From positions 11,688 to 75,687 of the forward strand of contig JAGYKL010000008.1 in NCBI GenBank assembly GCA_018401705.1: a stretch of 64,000 bases of DNA. The letters are read 5' to 3'. Below are positions 9,248 through 18,571 of this stretch, piece by piece (positions within the stretch are counted from its first letter, which is position 1; each line of letters starts with the position of its first letter). Below the pieces are notes generated by a model that had not been told where the DNA came from, did no database searches, and saw only the letters and a list, made by a program, of their open reading frames with translations. A program made the position numbers and the translations under genes. The stretch comes from Bacteroidia bacterium. Its GTDB lineage: Bacteria > Bacteroidota > Bacteroidia > M30B66.

Positions 9248-10177
9248 ATGGCTAAAGAGTTAATTTGGTTTTTACTTGTCAATCCCGCCGCAGGCGGAGG
9301 AATGGCGATTAAGAAACTGCCTAAAATTGAAAATGCGCTTAAGAATGAAGGCATTAAGTACTTGATAGCGAAAACTCATCACGCCGGCGAGGCGAATATT
9401 ATAATACAAGAAGCCATTATTGAGGGTTATAGAAATTTTCTTATTGCGGGAGGCGACGGAACCCTAAATGAAGTTGTAAATGGAATTATGTCTCAGACTT
9501 CAGCTGTGCCTGAGGAGATAACAATTGCTCAACTTCCAGTTGGAACTGGAAATGATTGGAGAAGAACATGGAATCTTCCAAAAACAATAAATGAATGCAT
9601 AGCACTATTAAAGCATGGAAAACGAGTACTCCATGATGTAGGTGAAATAAACTACACAGAGAGTCTTGAATTAAAAATCTTATGGTTTATAAATATTGCC
9701 GGGATTGGATTTGATGCAAAAGTTGCTTATGCTGCAAATATTCAGAAAGAAAAAGGAAACAGTGGATTGCATGTTTATTTAAGTGAGCTTATTAAATCAC
9801 TCATTTCATTTAAGGAACCTGAATTTGCAGTTAGCACCGACTCTAAAACACTTACTTTTGAAGGCTTTACAGTATTAGCAGGAATTTGTAGATATGCTGG
9901 AAACAAAATGAAACTAGTGCCAGATGCAGATCCTCAAGACCGCTTACTAAGTGTGGTTTTAGTTAAAAAGCTAACTAAACTCAAAATCATTAGGAATCTG
10001 CCCAAATTGTTTAGTGGGAAATTCATTCAGCTGTCTGAAGTGAGCAACTTTCATTGCAAGGAAATTATCATAAAAAGCAATCCTCCTTTTTTTATGCAAG
10101 TAGATGGCGAATCAAAAGGAAAATCTCCTGTAAAAATTAAAGTTGCGGAGCATCAAATTTCTGTAATCGTACCATAA
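9248..10177 (+). CDS. Diacylglycerol-kinase-catalytic-domain lipid kinase (YegS/BmrU family)
   Basis: GGDGTLNEVVNG and LPVGTGNDW motifs. Track ORF begins at a TTG at 9194 inside the hsp20 terminator, so the real start is ATG 9248 (MAKELIWF). Confidence 0.8.
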   Translation: MAKELIWFLLVNPAAGGGMAIKKLPKIENALKNEGIKYLIAKTHHAGEANIIIQEAIIEGYRNFLIAGGDGTLNEVVNGIMSQTSAVPEEITIAQLPVGTGNDWRRTWNLPKTINECIALLKHGKRVLHDVGEINYTESLELKILWFINIAGIGFDAKVAYAANIQKEKGNSGLHVYLSELIKSLISFKEPEFAVSTDSKTLTFEGFTVLAGICRYAGNKMKLVPDADPQDRLLSVVLVKKLTKLKIIRNLPKLFSGKFIQLSEVSNFHCKEIIIKSNPPFFMQVDGESKGKSPVKIKVAEHQISVIVP

Positions 10178-10178
10178 T

Positions 10179-10550
10179 ATGTTTTTCAGAAAGAAAGAAA
10201 TAAAATGGTTTCTACTTTTCAGTTCTGAAGAGAAAGCTGAGGAGAATCTTCCTTTAAATAAGGCGGTTTTGATTGAGGTTGATAACATACAGCTTTGTAT
10301 AGTAAGGCATGAAGAAGGTTATTTTGTCACAAACAATAAATGTCCTCACCAAGGCTTGCCCTTAAACAGAGGAGGATTCTGTGAAAACGGCAAGATGATT
10401 TGTCCTTTTCATCGCTACGAATGGGATATCAAAACTGGCAGGGAAACCAGAAAACAAGAAAACAATATGGAAGTCTATCCAATAAAAGTGGATAAGAATG
10501 GGATTTCAATAGGAATTGAAAAGAAAAGTGGTGGCTTCTTTTCTTTATAA
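10179..10550 (+). CDS. Rieske [2Fe-2S] domain protein
   Basis: CPHQG...CPFH (CxH...CxxH) cluster ligands at 123 aa. Starts 2 nt after lipid kinase stop. Confidence 0.8.
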   Translation: MFFRKKEIKWFLLFSSEEKAEENLPLNKAVLIEVDNIQLCIVRHEEGYFVTNNKCPHQGLPLNRGGFCENGKMICPFHRYEWDIKTGRETRKQENNMEVYPIKVDKNGISIGIEKKSGGFFSL

Positions 10551-11411
10551 TTCATTTAAAGAGAAAGTTCTTTTAACCCGTATCCCTTTTTCAGTTTCTT
10601 CCAGTTCAGCGCATTCTGTATGAGCATCATGTTCGAAAAAAAGTACCCTGTTTTCTTCAACACAACGTTTTAAGACCTCTTGCTTCTCCTGCATTGTAAG
10701 TAGAGGCCTAGTATCATATGCCATTACCCAGGCAGTTGGCACATGCACTGGAGATGGAAGCAAATCAGCCATGTACATTAATTTCCTGCCTTTATATTCA
10801 ATAACAGGTAGCATCATAGACTCAGTATGTCCACTAACACGCTCTACTTCAAAACCATCAAAAAGTGTTGCCCCTTCGAGAAACTCTAAATGACCTGATT
10901 CTTGTATTGGCAAAATATTCTCTTCCAGAAATGATGCTTTTTCGCGCGGGTTAGGATTTACAGCCCAATCCCAGTGATTTTTATCAGACCAAAAGCGAGC
11001 ATTTTTAAATGCGGGAGAAAGTATTCCATTAGAATCCTTTTCAATGGCACCTCCACAATGATCAAAGTGCAAGTGGGTGAGGAAAACATCAGTAATATCA
11101 TTTCGGTGAAATCCGTATTTATTCAGAGAGCTGTCTAAGGAATCGTCACCGTGAAGATAATAGTAAGAAAAAAACTTCTCATTCTGCTTATTTCCCATTC
11201 CGGTGTCAATTAGAACTAGCCTTGATTCATGTTGAACTAGAAGACATCGAGTTGCCCATGAACACATATTGTTGTTATCGGCAGGATACGATTTACTCCA
11301 AAGAGACTTTGGCACAACACCAAACATGGCGCCTCCATCTAGCTTGAAATGTCCGGCATTTATAGGATAAACTTGCATAAAATGAAAATTGTGATTGGTA
11401 ATGCTTGGCAA
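10545..11411 (-). CDS. MBL-fold metallo-hydrolase
   Basis: THLHFDHCGG metal-binding motif. Confidence 0.8.
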   Translation of the reverse strand: MPSITNHNFHFMQVYPINAGHFKLDGGAMFGVVPKSLWSKSYPADNNNMCSWATRCLLVQHESRLVLIDTGMGNKQNEKFFSYYYLHGDDSLDSSLNKYGFHRNDITDVFLTHLHFDHCGGAIEKDSNGILSPAFKNARFWSDKNHWDWAVNPNPREKASFLEENILPIQESGHLEFLEGATLFDGFEVERVSGHTESMMLPVIEYKGRKLMYMADLLPSPVHVPTAWVMAYDTRPLLTMQEKQEVLKRCVEENRVLFFEHDAHTECAELEETEKGIRVKRTFSLNEL

Positions 11412-11462
11412 GATAGCATGAACATCACAAATGAGTGTTCACAAATTCCTCATTACAAGAAA

Positions 11463-11490
11463 TTGGGCTCTGCAATTGGATTTATTTTTG
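11463..11490 (+). promoter_or_regulatory. Putative Bacteroidota promoter for mpl: -33 TTG (11463..11465), -7 TATTTTTG (11483..11490)
   Basis: TTG then 17 bp then TAnnTTTG, located 18 bp before ATG 11508. Confidence 0.35.
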
Positions 11491-11507
11491 AAGCAAAGTT
11501 TTTTTAT

Positions 11508-12872
11508 ATGAAGGTTCACTTTATTGCTATTGGGGGAAGTGCGATGCATAATCTTGCATTAGCGATGCATAAGAAAGGCATGACAGTTACGGGTTCTGAC
11601 GATGAAATAGTTGAGCCTTCAAAAAGCAGACTTGAAAAAGCAGGTATTCTTCCGGCGCAGCCGGGATGGTATCCTGAAAAAATAAACAACGAATTAGATG
11701 CCGTTATTCTTGGAATGCATGCAAGAATAGACAATCCAGAACTTGTAAAAGCTCAGGAATTAGGTTTAAGGATTTTCTCTTATCCTGGTTATATTTATGA
11801 GCAAAGCAAGGAGAAAACCAGAATTGTGATTGGAGGAAGTCATGGTAAGACCAGTATAACTGCCATGATACTTCATGTACTTGGAGAAAATGAGAAAGCA
11901 ACAGATTATTTGGTTGGAGCCCAGTTAAAAGGCTACGATACAATGGTTAAGATTACTAAAGAAGCTCCATACATTTTGTTAGAAGGGGACGAATATCTTT
12001 CTTCTCCAATAGAACGAGTTCCAAAATTTCATTTGTACCATCCTCATATTGCAGTTTTGAGTGGCATTGCCTGGGATCATATTAATGTATTCCCAACATT
12101 TGATAATTACCTCGAGCAATTCAGGAAGTTTGTTTCTCTCATAGAAGAAGACGGCGTTCTCTTTTATTTTGATGGAGATGAAGAATTATGCAAAATAGCT
12201 AATGAGAGCTCTAGAAAAGATATTCGCTTTGTGGCTTACAAAGAGCATCCTTCAATGATAAGAAACGGAATTACTTACCTTACAACAGATATTGGTGATG
12301 TTGAATTAAAGATTTTCGGGAGACACAATTTGCAGAATCTAATGGCAGCCATGTTGGTTTGCGAAGAAGCAGGAGTTAAGAAAGAAGACTTTTATCGCAG
12401 TATATCAACATTTGAGGGAGCGGCAAGAAGACTTGAGCCTATTTTCAGGGGCAAGAACACCCAAGTATTTAAGGATTTTGCTCATTCTCCTTCAAAACTT
12501 AAAGCAACAACCGAAGCAGTTAAATCTCAATTTCCAGAAAAAAAACTAATAGCTTGCATGGAGCTTCATACTTTCAGCAGTTTAAATGCTGAATTTTTAG
12601 AGGAGTATAAAGGCGCGATGTCATCGGCCGATGAGGCCATAGTATATTTTAACCCACATACTGTTGCACATAAAAAGCTGGCTGAAATTACCATAGAGCA
12701 GGTTAAAGCAGCATTTAATGATGATGCTTTAATAGTATATAAAAAATCAAGTGAGGTTTTGGACAAACTTAAGTCAAGCGATCTAAAAGATTCGGTCTTG
12801 CTAATGATGAGTTCAGGGAATTTTGATGGATTAAACTACGAGGAGCTTCCAGATTTGCTAAATTTAGACTAG
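11508..12872 (+). CDS. mpl: UDP-N-acetylmuramate:L-alanyl-gamma-D-glutamyl-meso-DAP ligase (Mur ligase family, Mpl-like)
   Basis: MKVHFIAIGGSAMHNLA and GSHGKTSITAM P-loop. The track start (11349) overlaps the convergent MBL gene. Promoter box supports 11508. Confidence 0.85.
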   Translation: MKVHFIAIGGSAMHNLALAMHKKGMTVTGSDDEIVEPSKSRLEKAGILPAQPGWYPEKINNELDAVILGMHARIDNPELVKAQELGLRIFSYPGYIYEQSKEKTRIVIGGSHGKTSITAMILHVLGENEKATDYLVGAQLKGYDTMVKITKEAPYILLEGDEYLSSPIERVPKFHLYHPHIAVLSGIAWDHINVFPTFDNYLEQFRKFVSLIEEDGVLFYFDGDEELCKIANESSRKDIRFVAYKEHPSMIRNGITYLTTDIGDVELKIFGRHNLQNLMAAMLVCEEAGVKKEDFYRSISTFEGAARRLEPIFRGKNTQVFKDFAHSPSKLKATTEAVKSQFPEKKLIACMELHTFSSLNAEFLEEYKGAMSSADEAIVYFNPHTVAHKKLAEITIEQVKAAFNDDALIVYKKSSEVLDKLKSSDLKDSVLLMMSSGNFDGLNYEELPDLLNLD

Positions 12873-13379
12873 AGGCTTAGCAGCCGGATATTTTCTTGTC
12901 ATCATTCTGGCAATTGCACCAGCATAAAAAACTGAAATAATCATTAAGCCTATAAAAGTAAATAACACCCAGGTCATTGCGAAAGGGAAATCTTCAGCAC
13001 CTTTAATCCAAGCATCGATATCTACCTGAGGGGTATCCGACTTTTTTAGTTCTTCAACTCTTTTTGCAATAAAGCTATCTCTAAATCCAAGGTCTATAGA
13101 CGTGATATACAGATAAATGAACAAGGAATAAAGCAAAGTAAAGAGAGTTGCTACTGACATGCCTATTTTAAAAACGGGCATGAAAGTAAGTCCATTGGGG
13201 AAGTCAGCTTTTCGTCTTGCATCAACTGCGCGATACATACCAATTAGTAATAGGCCAAAAACGAGAAGTAAGGGATATTTCCCTAAAAAGGATTCATTTA
13301 ATCCTGTTAGCAGCAATCCTGTTTTCCAGATAACAGATATTGCAAAAACGAGAAGGGTGAATTTAGTTTCCGGTTTCAA
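12864..13379 (-). CDS. Small multi-pass membrane protein (possibly DUF4199-like)
   Basis: 4-5 predicted TM helices at 171 aa. No catalytic motif. Confidence 0.45.
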   Translation of the reverse strand: MKPETKFTLLVFAISVIWKTGLLLTGLNESFLGKYPLLLVFGLLLIGMYRAVDARRKADFPNGLTFMPVFKIGMSVATLFTLLYSLFIYLYITSIDLGFRDSFIAKRVEELKKSDTPQVDIDAWIKGAEDFPFAMTWVLFTFIGLMIISVFYAGAIARMMTRKYPAAKPLV

Positions 13380-13381
13380 TA

Positions 13382-15328
13382 TTAGCTATTCATTGAGATG
13401 AGGAACTCATCATTATTTCTGGTGCCTGCCATTTGCTTTCTAATGAACTCCATTGCTTCAATGGTATTCATATCACTTAAGTGATTCCTTAAAATCCACA
13501 TGCGTTGCATGGTTTCCTTATCAACAAGGAGATCATCCCTTCGGGTTGAAGAAGCTATGAGATCAATCGCAGGGAATACGCGTTTATTTGCAAGCTTTCT
13601 ATCAAGTTGAAGTTCCATGTTACCGGTTCCTTTGAATTCTTCAAAGATAACTTCATCCATTTTAGAACCTGTATCTATAAGAGCAGTTGCCAGGATAGTT
13701 AATGAACCACCTTTTTCTATTTTACGAGCAGCTCCAAAGAATCTTTTTGGTTTATGCAGAGCATTTGCATCTACTCCACCTGAAAGCACTTTCCCGGAAG
13801 CCGGCTGAACAGTATTATAGGCTCTAGCGAGACGAGTTATTGAGTCGAGTAGGATAACAACATCGTGCCCGCATTCTACCATTCGCTTTGCCTTTTCTAA
13901 TACAATATTTGCGATTTTGACGTGACGATCAGCTGGCTCATCAAAAGTAGAAGATACTACCTCAGCTCTGACACTTCTTGCCATATCAGTAACCTCTTCA
14001 GGTCGTTCATCAACAAGAAGAATGATAAGATAAACTTCAGGGTGATTAGCGGCAATTGCATTTGCAACTTCCTTAAGTAACACAGTTTTACCCGTTTTTG
14101 GCTGAGCAACTATTAGTCCACGTTGGCCTTTACCGATGGGTGTGAACAAATCCATTACTCTTGTAGAAAGTGTTCCATCCTTGTGACCTGTGAGTTTTAA
14201 TTTTTCATCAGGGAACATAGGTGTTAAGTAGTCAAAAGGTACACGATCTCTTACAAAGGCAGGATCACGGCCATTGATTTTCTCAATTTTGGTCAAAGGA
14301 AAATACTTTTCCCCTTCTTTAGGAGCTCTAACATATCCATCAATTGTATCTCCAGTCTTTAAACCATGCAGCTTAATTTGACCTTGAGAAACATAAACAT
14401 CATCTGGAGACGACAAATAGTTAAAATCAGAAGAACGTAAAAAGCCGTAACCATCAGGCATGAGCTCAAGAACCCCTTCTGTTTCTACAAATAAGTCTGG
14501 AGAGCTAAGTAAATCGGGACTCTGATCAGTTTGCTGATTTGGCTGATTGCGATTGCCTTGCGGCTGATGTCTAGGATTATTTTGTCTATTGGAATTATCT
14601 TTCCACTGCTGATTCTGCTGAGGGGGTCTATTCTGAGCTTGTGGATTTTGATTATGTTGACTTGATTGCGGATTATTTTGAATGCTTTGGCCCGATTGAG
14701 GATTATATTGATTTTGCTGAGGTTTCGGATTAGCATTCTCAGCAACTACTTCTTTTGGTTTATCAGGAGATTTATCATGAATATCCTGCTCAATTCTTTT
14801 CTCGAAAGGAGTTCTTGATCTTCTGCCTCTTCTCTCATGCTGAATTGATGTTGAAGAGTCATCATCTTTCTTAATGACTTCTAAAGGTCTTTGATTTGAT
14901 GGTGACTTTGGAGCTTCTGCAGCAACTTCTTCCTGTCTAATCTTGACTTCAGGTTTAGAATCTTCAGCTACTTTCTTCTTAGGTCTACCTTTAGGTTTAG
15001 GAGCCACTTTTTCAGATTTGGGATTAGGAGTATCGGCGTTGGACATAGCCTGAGAAGCCATTTTTCTGACTTCTTCGGGATTAAGGCCAAGGCGAATATT
15101 CTCTACTTTTTTTTCGCTTCCCGATTCTATAGGAGAAGTCTTGTCTGAAGTTGATTTTTCTTGCTTTTTCAATCTTGCGGCTTCATTAGGTTTAAGTGCC
15201 TGTTCATCGAGAATTCTGTATACCAGATCTTTCTTCTTTAGCGATTCTATTTTCGATATGCCAAGATTCTCGGCAATTTTGCGTAAATCACCAACAAGTT
15301 TGGCATTGAGCTCCAAAATGTCGTACAT
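13382..15328 (-). CDS. rho: Transcription termination factor Rho with long N-terminal insertion domain
   Basis: N-terminus [26 protein letters not shown]-fold [19 protein letters not shown]. Walker [10 protein letters not shown]-loop and R-loop regions. Track ORF over-extended to 15415. Confidence 0.93.
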   Translation of the reverse strand: MYDILELNAKLVGDLRKIAENLGISKIESLKKKDLVYRILDEQALKPNEAARLKKQEKSTSDKTSPIESGSEKKVENIRLGLNPEEVRKMASQAMSNADTPNPKSEKVAPKPKGRPKKKVAEDSKPEVKIRQEEVAAEAPKSPSNQRPLEVIKKDDDSSTSIQHERRGRRSRTPFEKRIEQDIHDKSPDKPKEVVAENANPKPQQNQYNPQSGQSIQNNPQSSQHNQNPQAQNRPPQQNQQWKDNSNRQNNPRHQPQGNRNQPNQQTDQSPDLLSSPDLFVETEGVLELMPDGYGFLRSSDFNYLSSPDDVYVSQGQIKLHGLKTGDTIDGYVRAPKEGEKYFPLTKIEKINGRDPAFVRDRVPFDYLTPMFPDEKLKLTGHKDGTLSTRVMDLFTPIGKGQRGLIVAQPKTGKTVLLKEVANAIAANHPEVYLIILLVDERPEEVTDMARSVRAEVVSSTFDEPADRHVKIANIVLEKAKRMVECGHDVVILLDSITRLARAYNTVQPASGKVLSGGVDANALHKPKRFFGAARKIEKGGSLTILATALIDTGSKMDEVIFEEFKGTGNMELQLDRKLANKRVFPAIDLIASSTRRDDLLVDKETMQRMWILRNHLSDMNTIEAMEFIRKQMAGTRNNDEFLISMNS

Positions 15329-15526
15329 GGAAATATCCTTAATGTTATGTGGATACGGTTGAATTAAATTTTTTTTGGGGGTTGAACGAGTTGATTTGTT
15401 GAAAATCAAAGTCATTCAATGCTTATTCTGAAATATAATTGCGAATAAACCGACTGCAATAATACAACATTTTATTTTCTGAAACAGATCTATTGATTTT
15501 TTCTAAGGAAAACTTAGCAGCTTGTC

Positions 15527-15534
15527 TATTTTTG
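15527..15534 (+). promoter_or_regulatory. Putative -7 box TATTTTTG upstream of 15556 gene
   Basis: TAnnTTTG match 22 bp before ATG. Confidence 0.3.
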
Positions 15535-15555
15535 CAGTCCTTTACGAGTTAAATT

Positions 15556-16026
15556 ATGATTCAGCGTATTCAGAGCCTTTATTTTTTCATGGCTTCCTTG
15601 AGCATGGCAATTCTTACTGCATCGCCATTGTACACAACGGAAGCATTGGGTAAAAAATATACAGTATTTGTTGGAGGATTATTGCAAACTGAGTTGGGCA
15701 AGGACGAAGTAATAAATTCGCAGGCTGGCATTTTTGCTGTTAATTTATTACTTGCATTAATGCCATTAGTGGCAATTTTTCTTTTTAAAAACAGGAAGTT
15801 TCAATTAAAACTTTCATCTTCTGCTATGCTTTCATTTACAGTGTTTGTAATTCTCATGGCAGTTACAATTAGCGAAAACATGAAATTAGTAGAAGGTTTT
15901 GAAGGCCAAGGGAATTATTCATGGGGCATTGCACTTCCATTTGTTGCGGTTATATTTTTATTTCTTGCAAGTAGAGCAATTCGAAAAGATGAGAATCTTA
16001 TCAAATCGGCAGATCGCTTAAGATAG
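15556..16026 (+). CDS. Small membrane protein (DUF4293-like)
   Basis: MIQRIQSLYFF... N-terminus and 4 TM helices. Commonly found next to rho in Bacteroidota, from memory. Confidence 0.5.
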   Translation: MIQRIQSLYFFMASLSMAILTASPLYTTEALGKKYTVFVGGLLQTELGKDEVINSQAGIFAVNLLLALMPLVAIFLFKNRKFQLKLSSSAMLSFTVFVILMAVTISENMKLVEGFEGQGNYSWGIALPFVAVIFLFLASRAIRKDENLIKSADRLR

Positions 16027-16038
16027 AAATTCTTTCAG

Positions 16039-17478
16039 ATGCAAAAAAAGTTCATTCAGAACCTTGCCCTTTTACTCACTTTAAACCTGCTTATTAAGCC
16101 GTTTTGGATTCTTGGTATCGACCGAGCAGTTCAGCAGGAAGTAGGTACAGAAGCTTACGGGCTTTATTTTGCGATTTTCAATTTTTCCTTCTTGTTAAAT
16201 ATTCTCCTTGATTTTGGTATAACCAATTTCAACAACAAGAACATTGCTCAAAACAACCACCTGATTACCAAGCACTTTTCAAGCATTCTCGTTTTAAAAC
16301 TGATGCTTGGGGTTATGTTCATGGTAATAACTTTAATTGCTGGTTTTGTTATAGGATATAATTCCTATCAATTGGGATTGCTAGCAATAATGGGCATAAA
16401 CCAGTTTTTAGCTTTTATGATTATGTATTTGAGGTCGAATCTTGCTGGACTTCATTTATTTAAAACAGATAGTATCATTTCGGTTCTTGATAGGACCTTA
16501 ATGATTATTTTCTGTAGCATTCTGCTTTGGGGAAATGTAATAGATGGGCCATTTGAGATTGAATGGTTCATTTATACACAGACTCTTTCTTATTTGTTGA
16601 CTACCGCAATTACATTTCTGATTGTCATGCAGAAAGCTCACTTTAAGCGATTAAAGTGGAATAAGCCTTTCTTTTTTCTAATTCTAAAAAAGAGTTTTCC
16701 TTTTGCGATTCTGGTTTTGCTGATGACTTTCTATAATAGAGCAGATACGGTAATGCTTGAGAGAATATTACCAGATGGTGCTACTGAAAGTGGCATTTAT
16801 GCTTCTGCATACAGGCTCCTGGATGCAACGAATATGATTTCTTTTTTGTTTGCAGGCTTGCTATTGCCAATGTTTTCTAGAATGTTGCGCTTTAAGGAAT
16901 CAGTTGAAGACCTGGTAAAGCTTTCTTTTACTATTCTAATAACTCCTGCAATAATCATTACAACTGCCTGTATCTTTTACAGTTACGATATAATGGATTT
17001 GCTATATGCCGAGCATGTTCAAGAATCCTCGGAAGTATTCTCTATACTAATGTGTTGTTTTGTAGCGATTTCATTGACTTACATATTTGGCACCTTGTTA
17101 ACTGCAAATGGCAACCTTCTTCAGCTCAATATTATGGCAGCTTCGGGTATGATTTTCAATTTAAGTTTGAATCTTTTTTTGATTCCCTCCTTTCAAGCAC
17201 AGGGGGCAGCAATATCAAGCCTTATAACTCAGTTTGGAACGGCATTGCTTCAGATTTATTTGGTTCAACGATTATTCAAGTTTAAGATAAACACACGATT
17301 AATTCTTCAACTGGTCATCTTCATTCCTGGTGTAATTTTATTTGCTGTTATAAGCAAATGGATAATTCCTAATTGGATTCTAGGTTTACTATTAATGGGT
17401 GGAGCATCTGTAGGCCTAGCATTTATGACAGGACTTCTCCATATAAAATCCATTTTTAGAATACTCAAATACGGGTAA
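16039..17478 (+). CDS. Oligosaccharide flippase family protein (Wzx-like, MOP superfamily)
   Basis: ~12-14 TM helices at 479 aa. Typical Wzx/polysaccharide biosynthesis protein architecture. Confidence 0.7.
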   Translation: MQKKFIQNLALLLTLNLLIKPFWILGIDRAVQQEVGTEAYGLYFAIFNFSFLLNILLDFGITNFNNKNIAQNNHLITKHFSSILVLKLMLGVMFMVITLIAGFVIGYNSYQLGLLAIMGINQFLAFMIMYLRSNLAGLHLFKTDSIISVLDRTLMIIFCSILLWGNVIDGPFEIEWFIYTQTLSYLLTTAITFLIVMQKAHFKRLKWNKPFFFLILKKSFPFAILVLLMTFYNRADTVMLERILPDGATESGIYASAYRLLDATNMISFLFAGLLLPMFSRMLRFKESVEDLVKLSFTILITPAIIITTACIFYSYDIMDLLYAEHVQESSEVFSILMCCFVAISLTYIFGTLLTANGNLLQLNIMAASGMIFNLSLNLFLIPSFQAQGAAISSLITQFGTALLQIYLVQRLFKFKINTRLILQLVIFIPGVILFAVISKWIIPNWILGLLLMGGASVGLAFMTGLLHIKSIFRILKYG

Positions 17479-17503
17479 ATAAATTAATACGTTAAAGTGC
17501 TAC

Positions 17504-17529
17504 TTTAGCAAACTTTCAAATTTAGCAAA
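17504..17529 (+). repeat. 9-bp direct repeat TTTAGCAAA x2 (period 17) upstream of the Wzz-like gene
   Basis: Seen in sequence at 17504..17512 and 17521..17529. Confidence 0.3.
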
Positions 17530-17545
17530 GCATCATAAATAGATA

Positions 17546-18571
17546 ATGGAACAAAGTTCAACAGGAAGTTTATTTGACTCGACAAATCTGGTTATTTTTC
17601 TATGGAAGAAGAAAACACCAATAATCATAGCTACAGTTGTTGCAATAGTAGCATCTGTTATTTTTTCATCTGATTATTTCATACCACCGAGATTTAAATC
17701 TTCGGTGATTATGTTTCCAACAACGAATAGCTCAATCTCAAAATCACTACTTAGTGAAAATTCATTTGAGAAAGAGAACATTCTTCAATTTGGCGAGGAA
17801 GAGCAGGTGGAACAGATGCTTCAGATTCTAAACTCAGATGAGATTAGAGAAAGAATTATTGAGAAGTACGATTTAATGGGTCATTATCGTATTGACAAAA
17901 ACGGCAAGTATCCTCTCACAGAATTGAATAAGATGTTTGAAGAGAACATCTCATTTAACAGAACAGAATACCTTTCTGTTAGAATTGATGTAATGGATGA
18001 GGATCCTAATTTAGCAGCAGATATTGCCAATGAAATCTCAGCATTACTTGATACAGTTAAGACAAGAATGCAACATGACAGAGCTTTGCAGGCCTTAGCT
18101 ATCGTTCAAAAGGAATATCTTGATTTTACCAAATACCTCACTGCACGAGAGGATACGCTAAACAAGCTTAGAAATTTGGGAGTTTTAGATTATGATTCTC
18201 AGGTTGAACGTTTAAGTGAAGCCTATGGAAAAGCTTTGCTTACAAATAATCAAAAAGCAGTTAAAGAAATTGATGAGAAGCTAGCGATTTTAGCTCAATA
18301 TGGGGGCGTTTATACTTCCATTACCCAAGACATGGAACATGACAGGGAAGCATTGAGTCGTCTAAAAACAAAGTTTGAAGAGTCAAGAGTTGATGCAACT
18401 GATAAAATCCCTCATAAATTTGTGGTTAACCTAGCAAAGCCTTCAGAAAAGAAATCATATCCTGTTAGGTGGTTAATTGTATTGGTTTCGACACTTGCTA
18501 CTTTCTTACTTTCAGTGGTTACTGTGATTATCATAGAAAATATTCAAAGAATCAGGTCTCGATTTGAATAA
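17546..18571 (+). CDS. Polysaccharide co-polymerase / chain-length determinant (Wzz-like)
   Basis: N-terminal and C-terminal TM helices flanking a ~270-aa coiled-coil-rich periplasmic region (PCP topology). Confidence 0.5.
   Translation: MEQSSTGSLFDSTNLVIFLWKKKTPIIIATVVAIVASVIFSSDYFIPPRFKSSVIMFPTTNSSISKSLLSENSFEKENILQFGEEEQVEQMLQILNSDEIRERIIEKYDLMGHYRIDKNGKYPLTELNKMFEENISFNRTEYLSVRIDVMDEDPNLAADIANEISALLDTVKTRMQHDRALQALAIVQKEYLDFTKYLTAREDTLNKLRNLGVLDYDSQVERLSEAYGKALLTNNQKAVKEIDEKLAILAQYGGVYTSITQDMEHDREALSRLKTKFEESRVDATDKIPHKFVVNLAKPSEKKSYPVRWLIVLVSTLATFLLSVVTVIIIENIQRIRSRFE

Noticed and set aside
14500-14760. Repetitive DNA (ttg/att/ctg-rich) that could be mistaken for a tandem repeat or array
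   Set aside because: It is the coding sequence, on the reverse strand, of the Q/N-rich Rho insertion. No spacer/repeat periodicity and no CRISPR-like structure.
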